In this document: in pieces, positions 25,795-38,345 of the stretch
How the letters are laid out: each line of letters opens with the position of its first letter
Position numbering within the stretch: position 1 is the first letter of the stretch
From: Octopus sinensis
Lineage: Eukaryota
Direction of reading: 5' to 3'
Length of the DNA stretch: 64,000 nucleotides
Assembly (NCBI RefSeq): GCF_006345805.1
Contig: NC_043001.1
Span: 29,016,001-29,080,000, forward strand
The notes under the pieces: generated by a model
Databases searched by the model: none
What the model was told of the DNA's origin: nothing
What the model saw: the letters and a program-made list of their open reading frames with translations, nothing else
Program-made: the position numbers and the translations under genes

Positions 25795-26619
25795 GTATGA
25801 CTTTATTTCAATTATTTTAATACCCCATATATAAACAAGTTAATTACCATCAATTATGTCCAATGAAGAAGAGAGACATTATTACAAGATGCATGCATTT
25901 CAACAAAATGCTAGCTTCAGTTACCTACCTTCTTAAGCAGGGCCGGATTAAGACCCGTAGAAGCCTTAAGCACTTAAAAGGTTTTGGTGCCCACAAGTAT
26001 ATGTAAATGATTCAAAATGTAAGCAAAAGTAATTCAAAATGTAAACGATAATAAACTATTAAATATATTTTCCTTTTTCAAAATGAAACAAAATTAACAG
26101 TAAGACGGAAAATAATGTTTATTTTTGTGTGCCTCCATTTTATTTATATTTGCACTAGCAGCTGAAACAACTATAAGCAATGTCCAAGTTTTGTGCATAT
26201 ATATATATATATATATATATAATCGTATCAAAGGGAAATGGAATTTAATTAAAATTAAAAACATTCAATTAAAATTTACATTTCCAGTGGTCTAATGCGT
26301 AAAAAAATTTTAGCCAAAAATTTATTCTTGTCAAATTTTATCCCAAATTTTTTTGTGGTCATAGAACTTAGCTGTTCTTTCTAATGTGTAGAATCCTTAT
26401 AAGTGGATTCTCTATGTGTTTAAATATACACTATATCGTATATATATATATATATATATATTTATAGGCACAGTCGTGGCTGTGTGGTAGGAAACTTACT
26501 TCCTAATCACATAGTTCAAGGTCCAATTCCACTGTATGGCATCTTGGGCAAGTGTCTCAACTATAGCCTTGGCCTGACCAAAGCCTTGTGGGTGGATTTG
26601 GTAGGCGGAAACTGAAAGA

Positions 26620-26684
<65 letters not shown>

Positions 26685-26715
26685 TATATATTTATATATA
26701 TATATATATATTATA

Positions 26716-26762
<47 letters not shown>

Positions 26763-27685
26763 GTATGTATGTATGTATGTATATCCATATGTATGTCTTT
26801 ATGTCTGTATTTGTCCCCCCATCACTGCTTGACAACCAGTGCTGGTGTGTTTACATCCCTGTAACTTAGCAGTTCAGCAAAAGAGATCAATAGAATAAGT
26901 ACTAGGCTTACAAAGAATAAGTCATGGGGTTGGCTTGTTCAACTAAAACCCTCCAAGGTGGTGCTCCAGGATGGCTGTAGTCAAATGACTAAAACAAGTA
27001 AAACAATAAAAGAATATGTGTGTGTGTGTGTATGTGTGTGTATGTGTGTGTAAGTACACACACATGTATGTGCATATGTAAGTGTGTTTTTTGTTTAGCT
27101 ATACTCTTTTACTCTTTTATTTGTTTCAGTCATTTTGATTGTGGCCATGCTGGAGCACGGCCTTTAGTCGAGCAAAACAACCCCAGGACTTATTCTTTGT
27201 TAGCCTAGTACTTATTCTATCAGTCTCTTTTGCTGAACTGCTAAGTTACGGGGATGTAATCACACCAGCATTGGTTGTCAAGCGATGTTGGGCAGGGGGG
27301 AGGGGGACAAACACAGATACACAACATATACACACACATACATATATATATATACATATATACGATGGGCTTCTTTCAGTTTCCATCTACCAAATCCACT
27401 CACAAGACTTTGGTCGGCCCAAAGCTATAGTAGAAGACACTTGCCCAAGGTGCCACGCAGTGGGACTGAACCTGAAACCATGAGGTTCGTAAGAAAGCTA
27501 CTCATCACAAAGCCACTCCTACACCTATGGTTAGATTCATTGCTCAAGAGCACAACACAAGACAACAATGTAATGATCTGAACCTATAACCATGTGATCA
27601 GTAACCCCCAACTACTTACTATATCTTTTGTATTAATTAACTATTATTGATTGCTAGTTTTTTCTTTGTTTCCTTTGTTTTTTAG

Positions 27686-27834
27686 CTGGATTCCCTTTTT
27701 AACAAATGGCTCAAAGATCAGAAGATGATTACTAGGGACTCAATACCTCTGGATCAGGAAATGCTTGCATTCCTTGCCTGTGGACTTGGTTTTGATCCTG
27801 AAAGAATTAATGAAATTAATGGAGATTTTATCTT
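27686..27834 (+). CDS. Exon 10 (module 3a), phase 0-2
   Basis: ttttag|CTG...ATCTT|gtatgt; 149 nt; LDSLFNKWLKDQKMITRDSIPLDQEMLAFLACGLGFDPERINEINGDFI. Confidence 0.85.
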
Positions 27835-28751
27835 GTATGTTGTCTTCTACATTTCTGATTCTCTTTCTTGATACAAGCTATGCAATCATAGCTGCTTGTA
27901 TGACGAGTATGCTTTGCAATGATGTTACCCATGATTTATCCCAACTGCATTATGATTTGTGTCTTCTACTTATTAACTGAGGATGGTCAATGGTTGGCAG
28001 AACAAAACTTGTGTGAGCAGAAACCCATTGTATGCAAGTATGTATGTATGTGTAAAGGTCAGGTCACCTTTAGTGCTACCAATGACATGTAACATAGTAC
28101 AACCTGTTGTATGTTTGGGCTGTTAGTATTTAAACTGACAACAATACCAAACCTGCTTGGAAAGGAGGGTGTTTTTCTTTTTTGTTAGACACTCAGCAGA
28201 ATGGTAAACAAAACCTATTTCTTTACTACCCACAAGGGGCTAAACACAGAGCGGACAAACAAGGACAGACAAACGGATTAGGTCGATTATATCGACCCCA
28301 GTGAGTAACTGGTACTTATTTAATCAACCCTGAAAGGATGAAAGGCAAAGTCGACCTCGGCGGAATTTGAACTCAGAACGTAGCGGCAGACGAAATACCA
28401 CTAAGCATTTCGCCCGACGTGCAGAATGGCAAACAAAACCTGTTAAAGGGAAGATTAAGTTAGTAGGATCAATAGCCATCCAACAGATGGGAGTGAAAAA
28501 CCCCCTAGTCTGTGTTTAGATATCTCTTGAGAGAAGGAAATTCCAAAATAAAACTACCACGTTACAAAGCCAAAGAATTTGCTCTCGCTTGTTTCTGGAC
28601 TACTTGGCATTGAATCTCAGTGGTGTTGTAAAAGCTATTGCTGACCTTAAATTCCAACATGAATATGGTTAACAGTGATGTGCTGGGTTTCCGTAAGAAG
28701 CTTGCAAAACTTTAAGCAGCATGGGGCTGAATCAAACTGTTTTAAGTAATA

Positions 28752-29117
28752 AAATACATACATGTGTACATAGATACATGCATGCATGCATACAATCATG
28801 CATATATACATACTTGCATATGTACATGCATACATGCATACTTGCATACATACATACATACTTGCACAAATACATGCATACATGCATACATGTATGCACA
28901 CATATATACATACTTGCATACATAAATACTTGCACACATACATGCATACATACATACTTGCATGCATACATACATACATGAATGCATACATACATACTTG
29001 CATACATAATGCATACATGCATGCATACTTGCATACATATATGCATACATACATACATACATACATACATACATACATACATACATACATACATACTTGC
29101 ATACATACATGCATACA
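28752..29117. repeat. Compound degenerate (TACA/TGCA)n satellite
   Basis: Directly visible; source of spurious MYVC/HTYI ORFs. Confidence 0.9.
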
Positions 29118-29389
29118 GGGCACTACCTTACTGTGTGATTGAGTTTTTTCCCTGTATTGTTTCTAGTGAAGAAGCAAATTGGGCAGAGCAACTTATTTAT
29201 TTATTTATTTTCTTTGTGTATGACCAGCTGTGATGTAGGCTCATCCAGTATTTTAGATAGAAATTTGTCCAAACAATCTTTGGACGCTTCCACATTTATA
29301 ACTTGCAAATCTCTAAGGCTGTTGGCTGTTTGGCAGAACATTGCATACATGCATCAGCTGAAAAGTTCATAGACTAACCAAGTTACTCT

Positions 29390-29918
29390 CAAGGAACGTG
29401 ACCAAATGAAGTTCATTTTTCAACATAATCCCCTTTGCATTTCCCACACTTCTTCCATTGGTGTTGCAGAGCTTGGATCCCATTGATGAAGAAGCTTTCA
29501 TCTTGTGGATCAAAAATGTCATCAGCAACAGATATAACATCATCGTCACTGTGATACTGGTTCCCAGGCAAATATTTTTTTTTTTCTTGTAAGGGAACAG
29601 CTGATTTTCAGGTAGAACCAAATCAGGAGAATAGGGAGGGTGATCAACCGGTTCAAAGTCATAGTCAGACACAGCAGCCATTGAAATAAAGGATTTATGT
29701 GCTGGAGCATTGTCCTGATGAAACAAGACCTCTTTTGTCTGTTTTTCTGGACATAGGCACAGGAGTGGCTGTGTGGTAAGTAGCTTGCTTACCAACCACA
29801 TGGCTCTGGGTTCAGTCCCACTGAGTGGCATCTTGGGCAAGTGTCTTCTACTATAGCCTCGGGCTGACCAAAGCCTTGTGAGTGGATTTGGTAGACGGAA
29901 ACTCAAAAAAGTCTGTCG

Positions 29919-29958
<40 letters not shown>

Positions 29959-30365
29959 TGTGCGTCTGTGTTTGTCCCCCTAGCATCGCTTGACAACTGA
30001 TGCTGGTGTGTTTATGTCCCCGTAACTTAGTGCTTCGGCAAAAGAGACCGATAGAATAAGTGCTGGGCTTACAAAGAATAAGTCCCAGGGTTGATTTGCT
30101 CGACTAAAGGCAGTGCTCCAGCATGGCCGCAGTCAAATGACTGAAACAAGTAAAAGAGTAAAAGAGTATTTAGTCTTTATAACCTTTTTATAACTGCTTT
30201 AGCGAGTTGGTATCAGTAGACTCCATTGAGTCAATAAACACAATGCCTTTTGTTTCACAAAATCTGTGGCCATTACCTTACCTGCTGATGAAATGACCAT
30301 GACCTTTTTTTTGAGAGGTGAAGAAGGGGTGTTTTTACACTGCATGGATTGTCTCTTTGTCATGC
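29390..30365 (-). mobile_element. Mariner transposase remnant interrupted by a family A SINE
   Basis: LFHQDNAPAHKS...HPPYSPDL motifs (ORF 29367-29996); SAGKVMAT motif beyond the SINE (ORF 30199-30402). Confidence 0.8.
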
Positions 30366-30367
30366 AG

Positions 30368-30600
30368 TCACTCTTCCCTTTTCCCAACACTACCAAGATC
30401 ATGAAGTTTGTGACATATTATCCTATGATCAATTTTGCTGAAAACCTTGGCAAAGTCAAGATATTTCACATTCACATTTGAGCGATTGAGCTGTTGTTTC
30501 AATACACAGTCACAATGCAGTGTGAGGCAGCTTCTCCCTCGATGGATGCCATGCTGCATGTTTGTGTACAAGTTATTTTCTAGCAAGATGATTAGAGATC
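30368..30600 (-). mobile_element. CR1/L2-like reverse transcriptase fragment
   Basis: QHG...GRSCLT...YLDFAKVFSKIDHRI motif. Confidence 0.7.
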
Positions 30601-32067
30601 CATCAAGGCAAGTGAAATTGTAGTCATGGTAAATACCGGGGTCATGCAATTGGCACCCATGCTGGTGGTACGCAAAAGTACCCATTACACACTCACAGTG
30701 GTTAAGAAGGGCATTCAGCTGTAGAAAATGTAACAAGGCAGTCAAAGTATTTCACCCCTGCTTAACAACACACTGTTACTGTATTCCTCTGCCCTTTAAA
30801 AGTTAGCAGTAGAGGAATACACATGATGACTTCTGCCTAGCTGAAGGGTGCGGTATCTTAAAAAATTTTCGGTAGCTGCCTAAGAAGCCTGAAGGTTAAC
30901 ACATGGTCATCAGCTGTCCAGTGACTTTGGTCACACGGAATGACACGCTGATTAGTTACTTATACAATCACTTGGAAACAATTTATTGCATTTTCTTTTT
31001 CATACAATGCATGGATTTTCACTGCTTATTAGTGAGCTAACTCTTTTCTCTCCCAGCATCACTCCAGTAGGTCATTATTTCTATCGTTGCACACATCCTT
31101 TTATACACAAGTTAAAATCATACTTACCTTTGTTTAGTTGTAACACCATGTTATTCTGCCTTTAAATAAGCCTGTGTTATGTTAATTTAAAAAAAAACGT
31201 CTTCTGATAATTTCCTTTTCTCACACTTAACAATCTTTCTTACTACCATGCCAAATCAGACTGGAGTTTTGTGCAGCTCCCTCACTTGCCAGCCCTGGTT
31301 TAATTATCCAACCCATACCAGCATGGACAATATTATAATATGAAATATGACTAGTGACCGAGACCTTTGGAAATATGCTGTGCTTGAGAAGACCCGGCAA
31401 GCCAAATGAGAGCATAACCTCGTGGCCTATGCCAGGGGTGTAACCAGCCCACTTATGCATACCTTTCCTTCATTGGACACTAAACTCTGCTTGCAAAGAC
31501 CTATTGAGGAAAGTGAAATTGAAATCAAATTCGATGACTGGCATCCATGCTAGAGGAGCGCTAAGAGTACCATCCGAGCATGATTGTTGCCAGAGCAACA
31601 AACTGGCTTCCGTGCTGGTGGCACATAAAAAGAACCATTCAAGCGTGATCGTTACCAGTGTCACCTTATTGGCACTTGTGCCGGTGGCACGTGAAAAAAC
31701 ATTCGAGCGAGGTCATTGCCAGTGCCACTGGACTGGCTCCTGTGCAGGTAGCATGTAAAAAACACCATTTGAGCGTGGCCATTGCCTGTACCACCGGACT
31801 GGCCCTTGTGCTAATGACACATAAAAGCACCCACTACACTCTTGGAGTGGTTGACGTTAGGTAGGACATCCAGCTGTAGAAGCTCTGCCAGATCAGATTG
31901 GAGTCTGGTGCAGCCATCTGGTTTGCCAGACCTCAGTCAAATCATCCAACCCATGCTAGCATGGAAAGCGGACGTTAAACGATGATGTTGATGATGATGA
32001 TGATGATGATTTGTGTATTATATTGTCCAATTATAACACTGACTATTTTAATATATTTTTCCTCCAG

Positions 32068-32210
32068 GAAAGCATTGAATTCTGAGCAAATTACTTTCTC
32101 ATGTACAGCAGATAACCAGAAACAGTGGTTGATGAAAAACTTTAAGTTTGCAACTGATATGCTTCAATCACTGGCAAAAAGCAATGGTATCGAAATTGAT
32201 TCTATAATGG
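32068..32210 (+). CDS. Exon 11 (module 3b), phase 2-1
   Basis: ctccag|G AAA...ATGG|gtaagc; 143 nt like exon 5; KALNSEQITFSCTADNQKQWLMKNFKFATDMLQSLAKSNGIEIDSIM. Confidence 0.85.
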
Positions 32211-32942
32211 GTAAGCATTAACGAAATAAGCTTGCTTCTCAACCACATGGTTCCAGATTCAGTCCCCCTGTGTGGCACCTTAGGGAAGTGTCCTTTACTA
32301 TAGCCTCATGCCAAGCAAAACCTTGTGAGTGGATTTGATAGACTGAAACTGAAAGTAGCTTGTTGTACATATGTATATATTTAAGTGTGTGTGTCTTTGT
32401 GTTTATGCCCCCTCCCCCACCACTTGACAACGGGTGTTGGTGGGTTTATGTCACTGTAACTTAGTGGTTTGGCAAAGAGACCAATAGAATAAGAACTAGG
32501 CTTTAAAAAAAGCCCTGGGGTCAATTTGTTCAATTAAAACATTTCGGGGCGGTGCTCCGGTATGGCCACAGTCAAATGACTGAAACAAATAAAAGATAAG
32601 GAATAAAAGATATTTCTTTTTACTTTTTTTTTTTGTTATGCTAATATTTTCATTTCTGGTATTGTTATCGTCCTTATCACCATCTCCATTTAATATCCGT
32701 ATTCTGTACATGGGTTGGAAAGCTCAACACAATCCATTAGTCTGATGGTTGTGTTGGTCTCTATTGTCTCTTTGGCAATCAGGCAATTTGCTGTGCTTGA
32801 GAGGACACTTCAAGCTAAGTGAAACTGTAGCCATACAGAGAGGTTCTTTATGGCCATGCTGTCCACCCACCCACATTAGCTGTCCTCTGTCAAAACTTCC
32901 CCATCTTCCCAACACTTGTTACAGGCCCTACTCCTCCACTCG

Positions 32943-33129
32943 TACATACATACATACATACATACATACATACATACATACATACACATACATACATACA
33001 TACACACATACATACATACATACATACACACATACATACATACATACATACACACATACATACACATACATACATACATACACATACATGCATGCATACA
33101 TACATACACATACATACATACATACATAC

Positions 33130-33175
<46 letters not shown>

Positions 33176-33224
33176 ACATACATACATACATACATACATA
33201 CATACATACATACACACATACATA

Positions 33225-33271
<47 letters not shown>

Positions 33272-33308
33272 ACATACACACATACATACATACATACATA
33301 CATACATA
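32943..33308. repeat. (TACA)n/(CA)n microsatellite; more at 33520-33606 and 33720-33845
   Basis: Directly visible. Confidence 0.95.
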
Positions 33309-33816
33309 ACTGCCTAATTACCAATCTTGAGAAATTAGGCTTCTCAAAACCAGAAAGGAGAAAGCTAATTTGAAGACTACAGATCCAATCCATCACTGGA
33401 AATGTAAAAATCTGTAAAACCTTCCAGAAGTTTATCATTTAAATATATACAAGCATGTCTAGATAATGCAACTATGTGGATGAAAATACGCACATAAAGC
33501 AAAACCTAAAAATCTGCACACATACATACATACATACATACATACATACATACATACATACCTACATACATACATACATACATACATACATACATACATA
33601 CATACAAAAATACTCTGTTGCTGATGTTGAAATTCCAATGAAGGAGTCTTGGATCTAGGTTAGAAACCAGCTCTTTCTCTATTGGCATGAAATCTTGAAA
33701 TAAAACTGAATAATGACATATACACACATACATACATACATACATACATACATACATACATACATACATGCATGCATGCATACATACATACATACATACA
33801 TACATACATACATACA

Positions 33817-33850
<34 letters not shown>

Positions 33851-34477
33851 CATGTATACACACGTTTATATGTGTCTGCATTTATTTGTACTCTTGTCTT
33901 GACATCTTGTTATATTTGTCATACAAGCGATGGTGTCTTTTTTTTTCCCCAATTTTGTGTGAAAAATATGTCTAGCCATGAGGAAATATTGCCTTGCTCG
34001 GAAACAAATGAGGGTTTGGTGATAGGAAGGGCATCTTGCCATAGAAAAACCTACCTCAACAAATTCCGTTTGTTTCACAAAAGCATGGATAGATGGATGT
34101 TAAATGACAATGATAAAGAACTGCTATTAAATAGATATACTTTTACTCATGAGTCTGCAAGGAAATTTTTACATAATCATTTTTGGCTCTAAATTGCTCT
34201 CAAATTGTTTTGCCTTTAAACACCCTTCAGAATTGAAATCCCATTCTCAAATCCTAAACTTTAAGGCAGCTTACCTAAGCTTGAAAAGGAAATGCATAGT
34301 TCCTATGTTGTTTTCTTTTATTTTTCATTTCATTTTATTTAGTTTATTGGTTTACTTAATGTAAATTGACAATTGTCATTAAACAAAGACAATGACACTA
34401 ATACAAGAACCATCAATCATATCTTATTTACTTTGTTAGAGATATTTTCATCACTATATTTTTTTTTTTAAATCTAG

Positions 34478-34563
34478 GATTAGTAAAGAAAATAGAATTT
34501 CCAAGTGGAACAAGTCTACTAGATTTGGAGAAGGAATTGATGGAAAATGTGAATCTTTTCCAA
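34478..34563 (+). CDS. Exon 12 (module 3c), phase 1-0
   Basis: atctag|GA TTA...CAA|gtgagt; 86 nt; GLVKKIEFPSGTSLLDLEKELMENVNLFQ. Confidence 0.8.
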
Positions 34564-35091
34564 GTGAGTTATAATTCTGACTTCCATAAAAAAATAAAAA
34601 AATTTAAAAAAACTGATTGTGGTATGTTCATTTGTACATGGTTTCATCATCTGTGAGATAAAACCCATTCATTTTCTTTAAAACTTTTCTTTTTATAATT
34701 TACAACATATGGATTAAAAGTTATCTATGTTATGTTTTCTGTTTGTGTGGCATTAGGAAGAATTAGAGCTAGTGACATTTTCAATTAATTATTTATGATA
34801 TAACTAAACTAAGCATCATAATGCAGGAATCAAATTCTGAAAGCACAAGGTCTGAAACTAGCATATCAGAAGTTATTTCCCATCTCTTATGTTGTTAATG
34901 TCCTAGAGAAAGGCATTTATTTTATAACTTCTATTTTTCTCTGCCATCTCTATCATGAAACAAATAGAAATGGCAGAGAGAAACAGAAGCCATTTACATT
35001 TGCATTTCTCCATAATCACTGAAGTAGAACTGGTTATATTGTTGCTTCCCTGACAGCAAATCCTCTTCTAGCTTTGTAATATATCTTATCT

Positions 35092-36460
35092 TTGAATCTG
35101 ATGTTTCTAAATAAGGAAAAACTTTTTGATACCTTTAGTCAATTAGACCTCAAAATTACTGTTATCATTAATCTATCAAAATTCAGTTTTTTAGAGGTTT
35201 TCCTAGATCTAAATTCCCATTCTTATAAACCCTATTTTAAACCAAATGAGAAACTCTCCTGTGTACACAAACAGTCCTGTTACCCCCTTATATTCTTTAA
35301 AAACCTGAGAGCTAACATCAGTAATAAGATGTCTAATCTCTCCTCTTCTAAAGAAATATTTGATAAGGCAGCTCCCTACTATAACAATGCCCTAGCTAAC
35401 AGTGGTGTCAAAGATAAGATATATTACAACCATTCAAGTAAAAATAGGAATCCTATAAATAGACCTAAAAATAGATCCAGGAAAATAATATGATTTCACC
35501 CACTTTCTCCTTAAATGTTAACACTAACATAGGCACGAAATTTTTCTCTCTTTTAGATAAGCATTTCCCAGTAAAACATAAATACAGGAAGATTTTTAAT
35601 AAATGCTTGATTAAAATATCAAACAGCTGCTTCCCCAATATGAAGTGCATTATCACTCATAAACATCACCAAGACCCCACACCCAGTTGTAATTGCTGAG
35701 ATCCTGAAGCAGGTTTGCTCACTAGACTAGACATGTATGATAAACTTCATCATCTCTGACAGTAGTTCCCAACCTGTGGTCCAAGAACCCCTGGTGGTCC
35801 ACAAAGGTATTACTGGGCGTCCATGAACTAAATTCAAAATTTCATATATATATCATCATCGTCATCATCATCATCATTTAGCGTCCGCTTTCCATGCTAG
35901 CATGGGTTGGACGGTTCAACTGGGGTCTGGGAAGCCAGAAGGCTGCACCAGGCCCAGTCTGATCTGCCAATGTTTCTACGGCTGGATGCCCTTCCTAACG
36001 CTATATATATATATATACACACACACACATAAGGATAAGCATGTTAAAAGGGGTCCCTGGGAAAACTCATTTAAATAAAAGAGGTCCTTGATAGTGAAAA
36101 GGTTGGAAATCACTGATTTATGAGGTTGAAGTCACAGCGATGCTTCAAGATAATGTAACTCAAAAGAAAAATTACATCAGTTTATGCTAAGGAGATTTGA
36201 AAAGCTGCTATGCAAACCACCAGTCTTCTTTCCAGCACATCAACAAAAGTAAAGCCCCTAAGTTGGCTAGCCATGAATGGGGTTTAGAAGACCAACTGCA
36301 CACCACATACAACCAAATGTAGAATCATAGAAAAATCCATGTTATATGTAAATGGATCTAAGAAATGCCACTTTGTGTAGTTGATAAATTGCACATTCTT
36401 TTTAGACCAAGAATTCCATCACTACTTAATTCGAAATCCAAAATTTTTCAGTAAATTTCT
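35092..36460 (+). mobile_element. Degraded Penelope-like element (RT C-terminus plus GIY-YIG endonuclease)
   Basis: FLEVFLDL...YKPYFKPNE...YYNNALANSG...NVNTNIG...LLDKHFP...SCFPNM...CNC, then IYEVEVT...NYI..L...YANHQSSF after an inserted MITE. Confidence 0.8.
35760..36115. mobile_element. hAT (Charlie-like) MITE with nested family C fragment
   Basis: TIRs CAGTAGTTCCCAACCT / AGGTTGGAAATCACTG; degenerate 8-bp TSD ATCTCTGA / ATTTATGA. Confidence 0.75.
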
Positions 36461-37408
36461 TTCGGCAAACTGGAGGACACCACCCTCTCTAAATTGATCA
36501 GCTGTTTCACAGACTTTGGACCCCTCTCCATTGAATTATTCTACAGCAGCTGGTTTAATTATAGTGTCTATGGTCAAAGGGGACATAACTCTCATTTGCT
36601 TTTCTTGTTCCATTTATATTCATCCTTCCACTTTTTACATTAACTTTCTAGTTTCTTTTTCTTTTTTTCGTGGTTTCTCACGTACCAGTATCCTGATTTT
36701 CAAATTGAACAGACCATGTGCTCAGAATATTGTTTGGAGATTGTTTGGAGACACAAGGCACATTATAAAAACCTGCCTAGCCACATGTCTTCACAACAAG
36801 AAACTATCAGAGGCTCTTACCTTTATATTGTGTACATTAAATGATATTCATATCTCACTGAATGGAGTAATTTTTGTTGATCTTACCTTAACATAACAGT
36901 AAACAATATATAAACAATATAATAAGGCGGCGAACTGGCAGAAACATTAGCATGCTGGGTGAAATGCGTGACCGTATTTCGTCGTCGTTACATTCTGAGT
37001 TCAAATTCCGCCGAGGTCGACTTTGCCTTTCATCCTTTCGGGGTCGATAAATTAAGTACCAGTTACGCACTGGGGTCGATGTAATCGACTTAATCCCTTT
37101 GTCTGTCCTTGTTTGTCCTCTCTGTGTTTAGCCCCTTGTGGGTAGTAAAGAAATAAATATATAAAGCACCCATGATAGTAACACATAGAAGGCACCTATG
37201 TCAGTGGCGCATTAAAGGTACTCATTGCACTTTTGGAGTGGTGGTCATTAGGAAGGGCATCCAGCTATAGAAACCAAACCAAAATCAGACTGGAGCCTAG
37301 TACAGCTCTTTGGCTTACCAATTCCAACCAAACTGTCTAACCCAGGCAAGCATGGAAAATGGACACTAATTGATGATGATGATTTGCATATGTATATTTC
37401 ATTTAGTT

Positions 37409-37666
37409 TATTTCTATTGTTAAATATCTTCTAATTTTTTTTTTCAGACCAATCCAGAAGAGTCTATTTCTGTTGTTAAATATCCTGTAATTTTTTTTCA
37501 GACCAATCCAGAAGAGTCTATTTCTGTTGTTAAATATCCTGTAATTTCTTTTCAGACCAATCCAGAAGAGTCTGTTTCTGTTGTTAAATATCCTGTAATT
37601 TTTTTTCAGACCAATCCAGAAGAGTCTGTTTCTGTTGTTAAATATCCTGTAATTTTTTTTTTTCAG
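37409..37666 (+). repeat. Tandem 54-bp repeat spanning an intron/exon boundary (five copies of the 3' splice site)
   Basis: Units 37448-37501, 37502-37555, 37556-37609 (54 bp) and 37610-37666 (57 bp), each ACCAATCCAGAAGAGTCT...TTTTCAG. Confidence 0.95.
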
Positions 37667-37812
37667 ACCAGTCCAGAGGTGAAAAAATTAATGATGGATG
37701 TAATAAATGCTACTCAAACATATCTTGGAAATGCATCAGTGGTTGCAGCTGCATCAACCCTATGTCACTTAAATGTTACTGACATTACAAAGATTGATGA
37801 AACCCTACTGAA
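37667..37812 (+). CDS. Exon 13 (module 4a), phase 0-2; may start as early as 37448
   Basis: tttcag|ACC...CTGAA|gtaaga; 146 nt like exon 4; TSPEVKKLMMDVINATQTYLGNASVVAAASTLCHLNVTDITKIDETLL. Confidence 0.85.
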
Positions 37813-37828
37813 GTAAGAGTGTGCTTAT

Positions 37829-38345
37829 TGTTTAAAAACAATCTTCAGATAAATGCTTATATAATGGCAACATAAAGCTCAACAGCTTCACAATTCTAGA
37901 ACTATAGAGCAGTATGTGAAAGCCTGGTCCTTACGAATTAAAGGCTACAAAGCAGTGTCATCACTTGTAACTGGCACTTAGCTTGATAGTGAAAGGAAAC
38001 CTGTGACATCTAGGCCATGCTTTATGATCTTGTTAAGGGCAACATGGCATGGGAGGAGGCCAGCACTATAATGTCAGGAGAGTGGGAGGAAGCCAAAAGA
38101 ATTCACTGTGGATCTGCAGTTGCATTCATGAGACTCACTGATCTGGAGACCAAACCTCAGGGAGACGCCAATGCATAGGCTTCACTATCAAGCTGAGTGC
38201 CAGATACAAGTGATGACACTACATTGTGGCCTCTAATTCGTAAAAACCAGGATTTCACATACTGCTCTATAGTTATAGAATTGTGAAGCTATTGAGCTTT
38301 ATGTTGCCGTTATATAAGCATTTATCTGAAGATTGTTTTAAAACA
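37829..38345. repeat. Long inverted repeat, arms 37829-37993 and 38181-38345 (foldback/MITE-like)
   Basis: TGTTTAAAAACAATCTTCAGATAAATGCTTATATAA... is matched by ...TTATATAAGCATTTATCTGAAGATTGTTTTAAAACA with scattered mismatches. Confidence 0.9.

Noticed and set aside
25938-26190. CAGGGCCGGATTAAG hAT-like terminus
   Set aside because: No matching opposite TIR found, so the element cannot be delimited
28647-33881. Many overlapping MYVC/HTYI ORFs
   Set aside because: Products of (TACA)n and (CA)n repeats
37487-37501. GTAATT...CAG inside each 54-bp unit as micro-introns
   Set aside because: Only 15-18 nt long, too short for a spliceosomal intron
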